Part shown: in pieces, positions 40,172-50,763 of the stretch
Numbering within the stretch: the stretch's first letter is position 1
Layout of the letters: the number at the start of each line of letters is the position of its first letter
Source of the DNA: Candidatus Shapirobacteria bacterium CG_4_10_14_0_8_um_filter_39_15
GTDB lineage: Bacteria; Patescibacteriota; Microgenomatia; UM-FILTER-39-15
Direction: 5' to 3'
NCBI GenBank assembly: GCA_002784465.1
Contig: PFLE01000011.1
Span: forward strand, 3,966-67,965
DNA: 64,000 nt
The notes under the pieces: model-generated
Told to the model about the DNA's origin: nothing
What the model saw: the letters and a program-made list of their open reading frames with translations, nothing else
Database searches by the model: none
Program-made: the position numbers and the translations under genes

Positions 40172-41548
40172 TTAATTCTTTAACTTTTCTACCAGAATAT
40201 TTCTCACTAAATTCGGGCCAGCCTGACCTTTGGTCAATCTGGCAACTTGTCCAATAAGATATTCTAAAACCGGTGTTTTTCCGCCTTTATAATCCGCTAC
40301 CGGCTTAGGATTGTCAGCTAGTACTTGTTCTATCATCTTTTTCAGATTAGATTCTGTAAGAGAGATTGCGGATTTTTTAGTGGCCAATAACTTGATGATT
40401 TGATCCGGATCCAAGGTTTCTGAATCCACCTTTTTATTAATTATGGCGTTAGCAATTTCCAAAGGTTCCAGACGATCAGATTGTCCCAGTTTAACGCATT
40501 TTTCAAAATATTCCGCTTTTTCTTTTGTTTCGGTGAGAATAATAGCGTTTGTTTCAGTAAGTCCAAGCTCTTTTATGTATCGTTTTATCTTTGTATCAGG
40601 TAATTCTATTTTTTGAATTTCGAATTTCGAATTTCGAATTTCCGTTTCAGTCCACTGAAACGGAGGGATATCCGGTTCCGGAAAATACCGATAATCTTCG
40701 GCCTCTTCTTTTGTTCTTTGCAAAAAAGTCTTCTGCTTGACTTCATCCCAGCCCCTGGTTGTTTTGTTACCAGATTGTTTTTCTTGCCCTGTTTTTTCAA
40801 ATTCCTCCAATTGCCGTTGAATTTCATAATCAATCGCTTTTTGAGCGAATTTGAATGAGTTAATATTCTTAATCTCAACCAGAGGTGTATACACCATCTC
40901 GCCTTCCTGCTCTCCTGCCTTCTCGCACTCCAAATTCACGGTTGGTTCGCATCTCATTTGTCCCTTTTCCATATCCGCATCCGATATTCCCAAATAGCGG
41001 ATAATTTGCTGGAGTTTTTGTAAATACTCTTTTACTTGTTCTGTTGAAGTAAAGTCAGGTTCGGTAACAATTTCTACCAGCGGTACTCCGCTTCGGTTAA
41101 AATCAATCAAGGTCGCGTTTTCTCCATGTATTAATTTTGCCGTATCTTCTTCTAAATGTACTCTTCTAATTCTCACAATTTTGTCATTGCGAGGAGCCGA
41201 AGGCGACGTGGCAATCTCTTTAATGACAAGAGAACCGTTAATTGCCAGAGGCATATCATATTGAGAAATCTGGTACCCTTTTGGCAAATCAGGGTAAAAG
41301 TAATTTTTCCGGTCAAATTTTGAGATTTCTGGAATCTGGCACCCTAAAGCCAACCCCAGAAGAATCGTCCATTCAATTGCCTTTTGATTGGGGACTGGCA
41401 AAGCCCCGGGTAATCCTAAACAAACCGGGCAAGTGTGGGAGTTTGGTTCAGTTCCAAAATATTCGGCCGAACATGGGCAAAACATTTTCGAAGAAGTTTT
41501 TAATTCAACATGAACTTCTAAACCGATAATTGTTTTAAAATTGATCAT
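40172..41548 (-). CDS. gatB: Asp/Glu-tRNA amidotransferase subunit B
   Basis: IGLEVHVEL, RKNYFYPDLPKGYQISQ, HLEED, DYRYFPEPD; ATG 41548. Confidence 0.96.
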   Translation of the reverse strand: MINFKTIIGLEVHVELKTSSKMFCPCSAEYFGTEPNSHTCPVCLGLPGALPVPNQKAIEWTILLGLALGCQIPEISKFDRKNYFYPDLPKGYQISQYDMPLAINGSLVIKEIATSPSAPRNDKIVRIRRVHLEEDTAKLIHGENATLIDFNRSGVPLVEIVTEPDFTSTEQVKEYLQKLQQIIRYLGISDADMEKGQMRCEPTVNLECEKAGEQEGEMVYTPLVEIKNINSFKFAQKAIDYEIQRQLEEFEKTGQEKQSGNKTTRGWDEVKQKTFLQRTKEEAEDYRYFPEPDIPPFQWTETEIRNSKFEIQKIELPDTKIKRYIKELGLTETNAIILTETKEKAEYFEKCVKLGQSDRLEPLEIANAIINKKVDSETLDPDQIIKLLATKKSAISLTESNLKKMIEQVLADNPKPVADYKGGKTPVLEYLIGQVARLTKGQAGPNLVRNILVEKLKN

Positions 41549-42746
41549 TTTTATTGAATACATAGTAACCAAAACCAAAAGCACCAATAGCAACTAACAA
41601 TAAAATGTAGCCTACTCCTATTAAATCAGCAATCGCCCCGGCAAAAAGGACCGGCGGCAAAGATCCTAAAATTACCAAAAAACCTAATGTCCCAAAAACT
41701 CGAGCCCTAAAATTTTCAGGAGTTTGCTCCTGTAAAAAAGTTTGAGTAGGAATAATAAACATCACCGCTCCTGCTCCCAACAACATCATTATTAAGCTGG
41801 CAAGAATCGTAACCTCGTGAAAAAATCCTACGATTATCGCCAGGATAATTAAACTAAAGGAAGAAATAAAAGCGCCGTAGGTGATCATTTTCCGTTTCCG
41901 CCAATTTCCAGCTAGACGATTGACTAAAATTGCGCCGCCGATCGTTCCTAAAGCCAAAGGAATAATCAGTAACGGACCGGCATCGCGGATATCTATTCGA
42001 AGAACATCAACCGCGTATGAAGGTAAAATAACCGTAAAAAGACTGATCACTACTTGAACGGAAATAAGAATTAATAATGGCGCAAGAATATTTCGATGTT
42101 GACTAATATAATGATACCCTTCTCTTAGTTTACCAATCACCATTAAGAATCTTTTGGTATTGATTTTAAGAATTTTATCATTGGGTAATCGGGAAACCAG
42201 CAAGGATGCCAAAATAAGTAAAATCGAGGTAATTAAAAACGGAATTTTTGGACCAGCAATTCTTAATAATGGACCGGATAAGCCGAAACCAATCAGAAAG
42301 GCGGAGTATTGGGTAAAAAGAAAAATAGTATTGGCCGCCGGTAAAAGAGTCTTTGAAACAATCGAAGGTAAAGTCGCCGCTTCCGCCGGAAAGTAAAGTT
42401 GATTGATAATTGAATATAGAAAAATAATAGCATAGACCGCATAAATTTTATTACCAATAAGAAGAAAGCCCAACACCACAACGCTATTGAGAAGCGTGGT
42501 TATTATTAACGTTTTCTTCCTAGAAATCATGTCCACCAAAGCGCCGCTAAATGGACCTAAAATAATGGCTGGTAAGGAATAAAAAATCCAGACTAAAGAA
42601 ACAGAAGTGGTGGAGTGCGTCCGCTCAAAAATATTAATAATAATAATAAAATTAATCATTTGTAAGGTCACTTGAGAAAAAATCTGCGAACCCCAGATTT
42701 TTTGAAAATTTTTAATTTTTAGAATCTCAATGAGTGGATTGTTCAT
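41535..42746 (-). CDS. MFS transporter
   Basis: About 12 TM, G.LVD..SRK motif A, RARVFG. Confidence 0.88.
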   Translation of the reverse strand: MNNPLIEILKIKNFQKIWGSQIFSQVTLQMINFIIIINIFERTHSTTSVSLVWIFYSLPAIILGPFSGALVDMISRKKTLIITTLLNSVVVLGFLLIGNKIYAVYAIIFLYSIINQLYFPAEAATLPSIVSKTLLPAANTIFLFTQYSAFLIGFGLSGPLLRIAGPKIPFLITSILLILASLLVSRLPNDKILKINTKRFLMVIGKLREGYHYISQHRNILAPLLILISVQVVISLFTVILPSYAVDVLRIDIRDAGPLLIIPLALGTIGGAILVNRLAGNWRKRKMITYGAFISSFSLIILAIIVGFFHEVTILASLIMMLLGAGAVMFIIPTQTFLQEQTPENFRARVFGTLGFLVILGSLPPVLFAGAIADLIGVGYILLLVAIGAFGFGYYVFNKNDQF

Positions 42747-44112
42747 ATATTTTTCCAACTTGGAAAAGCATTTTTTCAGAAAACTGCGGTCCTAAGATTT
42801 GCATTCCTACCGGCAAACCGTCAACGAAACCAGCAGGGATGGATAAACCCGGAATTCCGGCCAAATTGGCGGTTACCGTATAAATATCAGCCAAATACAT
42901 TTGCATTGGGTCATTAACTTTTTCACCAAGTTTAAAAGGCGGATTAGGAGAAACAGGAGAAATCAAAACATCAACCTTTTTAAAAACCTCATTAAAATCC
43001 CTTTTAATTAAGGTTCTCACTTTCATGGCCTTAAGATAATATGCATCGTAATAACCAGCCGACAAAATATAAGTCCCTAGCATTATTCGCCTTTTGGCTT
43101 CATCGCCAAATTTATCCCGATCATTTCCAAATCTTATCCCGTCGTATCTGGCCAAGTTTGACGATACTTCCGCCGGCTGAATAATATAATAAGCGGCTAG
43201 TGCGTATTTTGTATGCGGCAAGGAAACCTCGATAATCTTAGCCCCCAAATCCTCCAAAACCCCTAAAGCCCCCAAGATTTTCTCTTTTATTCTCGCGTCT
43301 AGTCCTTCACCAAAATATTCTTTCGGCAAGCCGATTCTAATCCTTCTTGTCCCCCTATTCCCTCTAATTCCTTCCAAGTAATCTTCTACAGGCTTATTGG
43401 AACTCGTGGCATCCTTGGGATCAAAACCAGCCGTTACTCCTAAAATTAAAGCGCTGTCTTCAACCGTTTTTGTCAGATGTCCCATACAATCTAAAGAAGA
43501 AGCCATCGCCACTACCCCATATCGTGAAACTCGACCATAAGTTGGTTTTAAACCAACGACATTGCAAAAAGAAGCCGGCAAACGGACTGAACCGCCGGTA
43601 TCGGTTCCCATCGCTGCCAGACATTCATCTGCGGCCGCGGCAACGGCTGATCCACTGGAAGAACCGCCGGGGGTTCGTTCCAAATTCCAGGGATTGCGCG
43701 TTGGACCAAAATCAGAATTTTCTCCTGAAGCTCCATGAGCCCATGCGTCGCAATTGGTTTTGCCAATAATAATTGCCCCAGCATTTTTTAATTTGTCAAC
43801 CACGGTCGCATCGTAAACCGGAATATAATTTTCTAAAACTTTTGAACCGGCGGTTGTCTTAATTCCTTTTGTGCAATAAAGATCTTTTAAGGCAATCGGT
43901 ATTCCCAATAAAGGTTTTCTTTCCCTAAATCCCCTATCTATTTCTACCGCTTTTTCTGTTGCTTCTTCCTCGCAAACCGTAATAAAACTGTTTAATTTAG
44001 AATTAGTTTTATTTATCTGTTCCAAACAGGATTTTACTAACTCCAAACAGGAGAATTGCTTTTTTTTTAATCCTTCCCTGGCTTCTTTTATCGTTAATTC
44101 ATTTAACTTCAT
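42727..44112 (-). CDS. gatA: Asp/Glu-tRNA amidotransferase subunit A
   Basis: PGGSSSGS, GTDTGGSVRLPA, SSNLARYDG, RRIMLGT. Confidence 0.96.
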   Translation of the reverse strand: MKLNELTIKEAREGLKKKQFSCLELVKSCLEQINKTNSKLNSFITVCEEEATEKAVEIDRGFRERKPLLGIPIALKDLYCTKGIKTTAGSKVLENYIPVYDATVVDKLKNAGAIIIGKTNCDAWAHGASGENSDFGPTRNPWNLERTPGGSSSGSAVAAAADECLAAMGTDTGGSVRLPASFCNVVGLKPTYGRVSRYGVVAMASSLDCMGHLTKTVEDSALILGVTAGFDPKDATSSNKPVEDYLEGIRGNRGTRRIRIGLPKEYFGEGLDARIKEKILGALGVLEDLGAKIIEVSLPHTKYALAAYYIIQPAEVSSNLARYDGIRFGNDRDKFGDEAKRRIMLGTYILSAGYYDAYYLKAMKVRTLIKRDFNEVFKKVDVLISPVSPNPPFKLGEKVNDPMQMYLADIYTVTANLAGIPGLSIPAGFVDGLPVGMQILGPQFSEKMLFQVGKIYEQSTH

Positions 44113-44146
44113 ATTTATACATTGTTAATTCATTAAGTTTCATAAA

Positions 44147-44187
44147 CTACGTTCACACCTTAAAGGTGAATTACGTTCACACCTTCG
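44147..44187 (+). repeat. REP family B copy between gatC and gatA
   Basis: CTACGTTCACACCTTAAAGGTGAATTACGTTCACACCTTCG. Confidence 0.9.
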
Positions 44188-44472
44188 TTATTCTATCAAC
44201 CGTTTAACTTTAAACATATCTTTTTCCTTTTGGGCAGCTCCCAACAACGCTTCTTTTTGTGTTTGACAAGGTCTAACCTTGTCAGTTCGAAAAACATTAG
44301 TTAAACCTGTCACGTGGCTGGTTGGCTCAATTCCACTCGTGTTAACTTCCTCCAGAATATTAAAATAATCAAAAACCTCCGAAAGTTGTTTTTGAAATTT
44401 TTCGACTTCAGCATCGGAAATCTCTAATTTAGCTAATTTCGCGACGTGTTTAATTTGTTCTTCGGTTAACAT
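44188..44472 (-). CDS. gatC: Asp/Glu-tRNA amidotransferase subunit C
   Basis: HVAKLAKL, L.EVNT.GIEPT, NVFR.D. Confidence 0.93.
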   Translation of the reverse strand: MLTEEQIKHVAKLAKLEISDAEVEKFQKQLSEVFDYFNILEEVNTSGIEPTSHVTGLTNVFRTDKVRPCQTQKEALLGAAQKEKDMFKVKRLIE

Positions 44473-44473
44473 T

Positions 44474-45367
44474 TTATTCCATTTCTTTTAAGGCTTTAAT
44501 TCTTTCCTGAATGGGCGGATGAGTATTAAATAAACTGGAAATGTTTTTTCCTTTAAACGGATTAACAATATATAAATGAGCCGTGGCCCGATTGGCTGCT
44601 TCCAAAGGTTCTTGATCAGCGGAAATCTTTTCCAAAGCGGATATTAACCCTTCCGGATATTTAGTAATCAAGACCCCGGAGGCATCGGCTAAAAACTCTC
44701 TTCTTCTGGAAATCGCCAGTTGTATTAATTGAGCGATAATCGGCGAAAGTATTGCTAGAATTATTCCGATTAAAAAAAGAATTGCTCCCATATTTCCCCT
44801 CTCTTCCCGATTATCCCGATTACCCCTAAACAATGATCCCCTGATTAACCAGTCCGCTAGTAAAGCTAACATTCCAACCAGGATCGCGACAATTGCCATT
44901 AATCGCGTATCGTAATTTCTAACATGGGATAATTCGTGGGCAACTACCCCTTCCAGTTCCGTCCGGCTTAGCTTGCTTAGCAAACCGGTGGTAGCGCAAA
45001 CAACTGCATGTTGTGGATCACGGCCGGTGGCAAAAGCGTTAGGCGCTGTATCGTCAATCACAAATAATTTAGGCATTGGCATATCGGCTCCCAGACAAAG
45101 ATTTTCCGTTACCGTGTAAAAATTGAAAAAATCCTTGCGGTTGGCCGGTTTTGCCCCGGAGATTGTCAAAATTATTTTATCGCCGTACCAATAACTGGCA
45201 AAACTCATTACGCCGGCAAATATTAAGGCAAAACCTACCATATCCAATCCATAACCAAACGCCATCGATAATGTCCAAGTCACAAAAACAATAAACGCGA
45301 TAAAAATCACGATAATAAATAAACTCCGTCGTTTATTTTGATCTACCTGCTCGTAAACGTTTATCAT
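44474..45367 (-). CDS. htpX: M48 zinc metalloprotease HtpX
   Basis: PNAFATG, AHELSH, SRRREFLAD, THPP..ERI. Confidence 0.93.
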   Translation of the reverse strand: MINVYEQVDQNKRRSLFIIVIFIAFIVFVTWTLSMAFGYGLDMVGFALIFAGVMSFASYWYGDKIILTISGAKPANRKDFFNFYTVTENLCLGADMPMPKLFVIDDTAPNAFATGRDPQHAVVCATTGLLSKLSRTELEGVVAHELSHVRNYDTRLMAIVAILVGMLALLADWLIRGSLFRGNRDNREERGNMGAILFLIGIILAILSPIIAQLIQLAISRRREFLADASGVLITKYPEGLISALEKISADQEPLEAANRATAHLYIVNPFKGKNISSLFNTHPPIQERIKALKEME

Positions 45368-45954
45368 TTTTCCAGATCAACTTTAGGAGTCGTTAAATCT
45401 TCTTTAGAAACTTCCAAAGCTTCTGATTCTTCTTCGGGCAACATTAAACCCGGTTCAGCCTTAAATCCAAACATATTGGCGACAAAGTTTGAAGGGAAAG
45501 TGACGATCTTGATATTGTAATCGGCGGTCAGGTCAATCAAAGTCCGGCGCGAATACATCACTTTATCGGCCGTATCCGTAAGTTCACTCATTAGTTGACC
45601 GGTCGGACCAGCGGCTTGCAATTGAGGAGTTGATTCAAAAACGGCTCTAATCGGCCCTAAAGCGGTTTGCAATTTTTGACTCGCGTCCACTAATTTTTGG
45701 GCTTGTCCGGATTCTAAAGCACCGGCTACAGATTTTCTTGCCTCGGTAAGCTTGTCAAAAATATCCTTCTCATGCTTCATGTAGCCTTTAACCGATTCGA
45801 TTAAGTTAGGAATAAGATCGGTTTGTCTTTTCAGTTGATTGCCGATTTCCTGAATCGAAGCTTTGATCCTTGTTTTAGTTGTCTGCAAGCTATTGTAAAC
45901 AGAAACTAAATATCCAGCCACGATTAAAATAAGAATAATTGGTAAAAATATCAT
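45364..45954 (-). CDS. lemA: LemA family protein
   Basis: QLKRQ.DLIPNL..SVKGY..HE, YN..I..FPSN.VA. Confidence 0.9.
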   Translation of the reverse strand: MIFLPIILILIVAGYLVSVYNSLQTTKTRIKASIQEIGNQLKRQTDLIPNLIESVKGYMKHEKDIFDKLTEARKSVAGALESGQAQKLVDASQKLQTALGPIRAVFESTPQLQAAGPTGQLMSELTDTADKVMYSRRTLIDLTADYNIKIVTFPSNFVANMFGFKAEPGLMLPEEESEALEVSKEDLTTPKVDLEK

Positions 45955-46021
45955 ATATTTAACTCTTCACCTCCTCTCGTTTTTCGTCATTCCAGGCTTG
46001 ACCTGGAATCTATATAATAAT

Positions 46022-47845
46022 TTATTTATCTAACTCATCCATAAAACGATTCAAATTTAGTGTGTTGATTATATCATTCTTTTCCGCCCATCCTCTTCGG
46101 GCAACCGCCACCCCATACTTCATCATCTTCAATTGATCAACCTGATGGCTGTCGGTATTAATAATTATTTTAACACCTTTTTTTATTGCTTGAAGAACTA
46201 AATTATCCGGTAAATCCAATCTTTCCGGCCAGCAATTTATTTCCAGCCATTTGTTATTTTTTAAGCAAAAATCGAAAATTACCTCCCAGTCGAGTTCGTA
46301 GCCCTCCCGCCGATTCAACATTCGGCCGGTAGGATGACCAAAAATTTTAATTTTTGAGTGAGAAAGTGCCTTAAGAACTCGATCTGTCATTCTCGCACGG
46401 CTTAAGTTAAAACTGGAATGGATTGAAACAATGGCATAATCCAGGTATTTAAAAGCCCCTTCTGGTAGAGCTAATTTTCCGCTTGGTTGGATGTCAATTT
46501 CTAAGCCGTTTAATATCTTTATGGGTAAATTATTTGTTCTTTTTTCACTAGAGTAATTTATTTGATCAATTAAGGCTTTTTTCTTCTTTATTATGGTAAT
46601 AATTTCATTTTCTCGGTGTTGAGAGATACTCGGGTTATGTTCGCTTAAACCTACATACTCATAACCTAACCCCTCGCACTTCCTGACAATCTCTTCTATA
46701 CTGCTCCCTCCTTCATCGTGACTGGTCTCGATCGGGAAATCTGAATGAAGATGTAAATCGCCTTTTATGTCTTTCGGTTCAATAAGCTTTGGTAGACGAT
46801 GCTGCACCGCAGCCGTAATTTCTCCCTGATCCTCTCTCAATTCCGGCGGAATCCAATCTAACCCCAAAAAATCATAAAATGATTCTTCTTTTTCAAATTG
46901 GTAAATTTTTAATTTTGAATTGTAATTTTGACCTTTGAATTTTGATTTTTGACTTAAAATCTTTATTCCATGCTCTGATAGTGACATTTCATTTTTCAAA
47001 GCAAACTCTCGTAAGCTAATATTGTGTGATTTGCTTCCGGTAAAATATTGAAGCATTGCCCCATACGATTCCGGCGTTTGCAACCGAAGATCAATTTGCT
47101 TTCCGTTATCCAAAATCACTCTGACTAATGATTGCTGGCCTTGATCAAGAACTTTTCTCACCTTTGGATATCTAGTAAACCAATCAATAACTTTTTTTGG
47201 GTCGGTTGTTTCCACCGCGATGTCAATATCTCCAATGGTGCTGACCATCCGCCTTAAGCTGCCAAGGGCATCTCCCCGAATTACCGCCGGACATTGTTCC
47301 AAATAATCCAATACTTCGTGGGCCAAGGAATCGGCTACCGGCAATAACATCCGTTTTTCTTTTGTCTGGCCTTTCCTAAACCTCACAATGCCTTCCAAGA
47401 TATCTTTTTCAGTCTTTTCCCCAAATCCCTCAATTTCCCTTATCTTTCCCTTCTTTCCCATATTTTCCAAGTCGACGATCTCTTTACCTTGTCTTAGCTT
47501 TAATTCCCCGGCCAATTGATACGCTGTTTTCGGCCCTATTCCTGGAATGGCAAGCAAAACAAACATCGCTTTAGGTAGATCTTTTTTAACTTCGTCAAAA
47601 TGAGTGACCTTACCAGTCTTAAATAGCTCGTCCAGGTAAGAAGCAATGTTGGGACCAACTCCAGCCAATTGGTCTAATTTACGGTCGTCCCAAAGATCCT
47701 TTACGTCGCTGGTGGCGTGCTCGATACTGGCAGCGGCATTTTCATAAGCCATGATTTTAAATCGGTCTTCATTTTTAACAATATAGGCGGCAGCAATCTC
47801 TCGAAGCAATTCGGCAATTTCCTGATTAGTAAAAGTTTTTTTCAT
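46022..47845 (-). CDS. polX: DNA polymerase X/PHP
   Basis: GSLRR...GDID, YFTGSK.HN, DLHLHS, HPTGR, NTDSH. Confidence 0.93.
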   Translation of the reverse strand: MKKTFTNQEIAELLREIAAAYIVKNEDRFKIMAYENAAASIEHATSDVKDLWDDRKLDQLAGVGPNIASYLDELFKTGKVTHFDEVKKDLPKAMFVLLAIPGIGPKTAYQLAGELKLRQGKEIVDLENMGKKGKIREIEGFGEKTEKDILEGIVRFRKGQTKEKRMLLPVADSLAHEVLDYLEQCPAVIRGDALGSLRRMVSTIGDIDIAVETTDPKKVIDWFTRYPKVRKVLDQGQQSLVRVILDNGKQIDLRLQTPESYGAMLQYFTGSKSHNISLREFALKNEMSLSEHGIKILSQKSKFKGQNYNSKLKIYQFEKEESFYDFLGLDWIPPELREDQGEITAAVQHRLPKLIEPKDIKGDLHLHSDFPIETSHDEGGSSIEEIVRKCEGLGYEYVGLSEHNPSISQHRENEIITIIKKKKALIDQINYSSEKRTNNLPIKILNGLEIDIQPSGKLALPEGAFKYLDYAIVSIHSSFNLSRARMTDRVLKALSHSKIKIFGHPTGRMLNRREGYELDWEVIFDFCLKNNKWLEINCWPERLDLPDNLVLQAIKKGVKIIINTDSHQVDQLKMMKYGVAVARRGWAEKNDIINTLNLNRFMDELDK

Positions 47846-47923
47846 TATAGCAGTCTATCATTATAACAATATGCTATCAAAAGATTGATTCTTCCTCAAG
47901 CGTATGCTATATTTTAGGCGCAA

Positions 47924-47996
47924 GGATCCGTAGTGTAATGGTTAACACATCGCCCTGTCACGGCGAAAATTACCGGTTCGAGCCCGGCCGGGTCCG
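47924..47996 (+). tRNA. tRNA-Asp(GTC)
   Basis: GGATCCG/CGGGTCC-G, loop CTGTCAC, GGTTCGAGCCC. Confidence 0.92.
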
Positions 47997-48029
47997 CATC
48001 TTCTGCCCAAAGGAGGTGATATTGGGCAA

Positions 48030-48593
48030 ATGACATTAAAATCGTTTTTAAAAAATCTTAAAAAATCGGAACAGACAATTAATACTATTTTGGGAGCCTT
48101 GGTTGTTATTATAATTGGCGTTCTAATCTTTAATTATCTTCACTCGCGATCCGCAAACAATCCTGAAAGCAACTTAAGTGTTTCCGAAGAACAGCAAGGC
48201 AATCAATCGTTGAAAGAATTGCCTCAAGTTCATCAGGTTAAGACCGGTGAAAGATTGTGGGATATTGCAATTCAATATTATGGTTCCGGCTACAATTGGG
48301 TTGATATTGCTAAAGCCAATAATTTAACTAATCCGAACGTGATTACTGTTGACCAAAAATTGGTGATTCCGGCGGTTGCTGAAAAAACATTGATTTCCAC
48401 CAATACGACAACTATCCAAGGTACAACACAAATTACGAGTGATAATTATACCGTTATTCGAGGCGATAGTCTTTGGAAAATCGCAGTTAGGGCTTATGGC
48501 GACGGCTATAAATGGGTGGAAATTGCCAAAACCAATAAATTGGTTAATCCGGGAATAATTCATCCGGGCAATGTTTTGGTTTTACCAAGGTAA
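48030..48593 (+). CDS. Membrane-anchored protein with two LysM domains
   Basis: V..GE.LW.IA..YYG and YTVIRGDSLWKIA. Confidence 0.92.
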   Translation: MTLKSFLKNLKKSEQTINTILGALVVIIIGVLIFNYLHSRSANNPESNLSVSEEQQGNQSLKELPQVHQVKTGERLWDIAIQYYGSGYNWVDIAKANNLTNPNVITVDQKLVIPAVAEKTLISTNTTTIQGTTQITSDNYTVIRGDSLWKIAVRAYGDGYKWVEIAKTNKLVNPGIIHPGNVLVLPR

Positions 48594-48626
48594 ACTACAG
48601 ATCTGATATAATTACCGTGTAACAAT

Positions 48627-48701
48627 GCGGTAGTAGTTCAGTGGTAGAATGTCTCCTTCCCAAGGAGAAGGTCGCCGGTTCGAGTCCGGTCTACCGCTCC
48701 A
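48627..48701 (+). tRNA. tRNA-Gly(CCC)
   Basis: GCGGTAG/CTACCGC-T-CCA, loop TTCCCAA. Confidence 0.95.
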
Positions 48702-48773
48702 GCCAATGTAGCTCAGTGGTAGAGCAGCTGTTTCGTAAACAGCAGGTCGTGGGTTCAATTCCCACCGTTGGCT
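48702..48773 (+). tRNA. tRNA-Thr(CGT), directly abutting tRNA-Gly
   Basis: GCCAATG/CGTTGGC-T, loop TTCGTAA. Confidence 0.95.
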
Positions 48774-48776
48774 CAG

Positions 48777-49490
48777 ATGAAAAGATTTTATTCCCGTTTG
48801 GCTCGAAAAGAAGAAACCCGAAGCCGCCGGCAAATATTTATTTATGGTGGTTTGTCCGTTATTTTTCTCATTTGCTTGGTTATTTTTGGTATTCCGTTAT
48901 TAACAAAACTCGCTTTTGTTTTTTCTTCAAAACAAAATTCGTCGGTCACGGAAAATAGTTTACCGTTATCGGCGCCGGTTCTTAATTCCGTTCCCCAAGC
49001 AACCAATAGCGCTTCTATTTCTTTTTCCGGTATGTCCTCTGACAAAACCCAAGTGGAAATTTTCCTTAACAACGCTTTATATACGACCGTTCCGGTTAAT
49101 AATGGGTCTTTCCAGGCACAAAATATTCAACTTAATGAAGGCAACAATACTTTTTATTCTCAAGCAATTAATTCTTCCGGGGGAAAAAGCCAGCCTTCGG
49201 ATACTCTGAACATTCTTCTTAAAACCACTCTGCCTACACTAATTATCGATAAACCGGCGGATAATTCGCAATTTAGCGGTTCAAATCAGCGCAATTTGTC
49301 AATCTCTGGCAAAACCGACCCCGATTGCACGATTTCGCTTAATGATCACTTGGCTATCATGGGAAAAGACGGTAATTTTTCTTATACTTTTACTCTGAAT
49401 GAAGGCGATAATGCTTTAAAAATTGTGGCAACTGATCAAGCGGGTAACCAAACCGAAAAGGATTTAACTATTAATTATTCTTCTAATTGA
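48777..49490 (+). CDS. Membrane-anchored bacterial Ig-like domain protein
   Basis: TM helix, L.EG.N repeats, ATDQAGN; ATG 48777. Confidence 0.8.
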   Translation: MKRFYSRLARKEETRSRRQIFIYGGLSVIFLICLVIFGIPLLTKLAFVFSSKQNSSVTENSLPLSAPVLNSVPQATNSASISFSGMSSDKTQVEIFLNNALYTTVPVNNGSFQAQNIQLNEGNNTFYSQAINSSGGKSQPSDTLNILLKTTLPTLIIDKPADNSQFSGSNQRNLSISGKTDPDCTISLNDHLAIMGKDGNFSYTFTLNEGDNALKIVATDQAGNQTEKDLTINYSSN

Positions 49491-49505
49491 GTTTCTTTTT
49501 TTAAT

Positions 49506-49548
49506 CTACGTTCACACCTTAAAGGTGATCTAGCTTCGCACCTCGGGA
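49506..49548 (+). repeat. REP family B copy supplying the stop codon of the O-antigen ligase-like gene
   Basis: CTACGTTCACACCTTAAAGGTGATCTAGCTTCGCACCTCGGGA. Confidence 0.9.
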
Positions 49549-50763
49549 TTTTTCATTTATTCCAAGCAAAATCCACCACCATCCCATTATCCACGGATAA
49601 AAAAGCGTATTGGTAAAGCAGGAGTGAATAAGCAAAGCAATTAAACTGGAACGGATAATTATATCTCCTTCCCGCCAAGCAACCCTCAAAATCCCCAAAT
49701 ACCCTAACAATCCTAAAACTCCTGTGGTTGCCAAAACAAATAATAAACTCGAATCAACCCCAGCCGCCGAATGGGCCGAATCTTCGCTGATTCTTTCTTC
49801 AATAAATCCATATTTTCCCTGGGCATAGCGGTAGCTATTGAAACCAACACCCAACAATAAGTGATCGCGGGAAATCGTTAGGGCGTGTTCCCAATTAATT
49901 ATTCGGTAACGAATTGTGCTGTCGCGTTCTAGTCTTACCCCCTCTCCGCCAGGTCTTGGTAAAATTAATAATGTAATAAACAGTAATCCAACGATTTTAA
50001 AAATAAACCTTGGTTTCTTTTTAATTAACCCTAACATTCCCAAACCCCCTAAAAACCCTAAATAACTAGCTCTTGAATATGTTAAGGCCAATGCCACGTA
50101 TGTAATGATCCAGACAATGATCAGAATTTTCTTTTTATCCTGCCAAATTTTTTCCGTTAATAAAATTAAGGTTAAAACAAGAATTATTCCCAAAAATCCC
50201 GGATCAAGAAATGTGCCAATCAACCGATAATAGTGCGGGTCCCATCCGAATTGGGCCAAGAAACGGGTATCGGGCAGAAAAATATACTGAACCAAGCCCA
50301 AAATTCCGCAAACAACTCCGGCTGCTATCAATCCACTTATCACCCTGATTTTCCCCGATACTTTCCCAATATCCCTGACAACAAAATATAGTCCGGCGTA
50401 AACTATCCATCGGAAAAGATAAAGAAAAGAAATTCCAAATTGCTTCGTGGTTAAAGAAGAATAATTAACCAGCAAAGAAAATAGGCCTAAACCAAAAAAA
50501 ATTAATATCGGTTTGGTCAAAGAGGTTGAAACTCCTCTTTTTTCCCTTATCCTCCTCATCACCCACATCACCCCTACTAGTCCTACGATCACATCCGTTA
50601 AGTAAAAATGAACCAGCGAAAGTTGCGTTGACTGTGGCGGAATCCGTAACAACTGTCCAAGTGGAAATAGAAAAAGATAAAGGTATAGCAATATAAGAAC
50701 CTTGCTTTCAGCAAGAACCTTGTTTTTCGCTTCGCTCAAAATAGCAATATATTTTTTGTTCAT
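49519..50763 (-). CDS. O-antigen ligase (Wzy_C) family protein
   Basis: RLIGTFLDP, LTYSRAS, R...W, GVGFN.Y. Confidence 0.85.
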   Translation of the reverse strand: MNKKYIAILSEAKNKVLAESKVLILLYLYLFLFPLGQLLRIPPQSTQLSLVHFYLTDVIVGLVGVMWVMRRIREKRGVSTSLTKPILIFFGLGLFSLLVNYSSLTTKQFGISFLYLFRWIVYAGLYFVVRDIGKVSGKIRVISGLIAAGVVCGILGLVQYIFLPDTRFLAQFGWDPHYYRLIGTFLDPGFLGIILVLTLILLTEKIWQDKKKILIIVWIITYVALALTYSRASYLGFLGGLGMLGLIKKKPRFIFKIVGLLFITLLILPRPGGEGVRLERDSTIRYRIINWEHALTISRDHLLLGVGFNSYRYAQGKYGFIEERISEDSAHSAAGVDSSLLFVLATTGVLGLLGYLGILRVAWREGDIIIRSSLIALLIHSCFTNTLFYPWIMGWWWILLGINEKSRGAKLDHL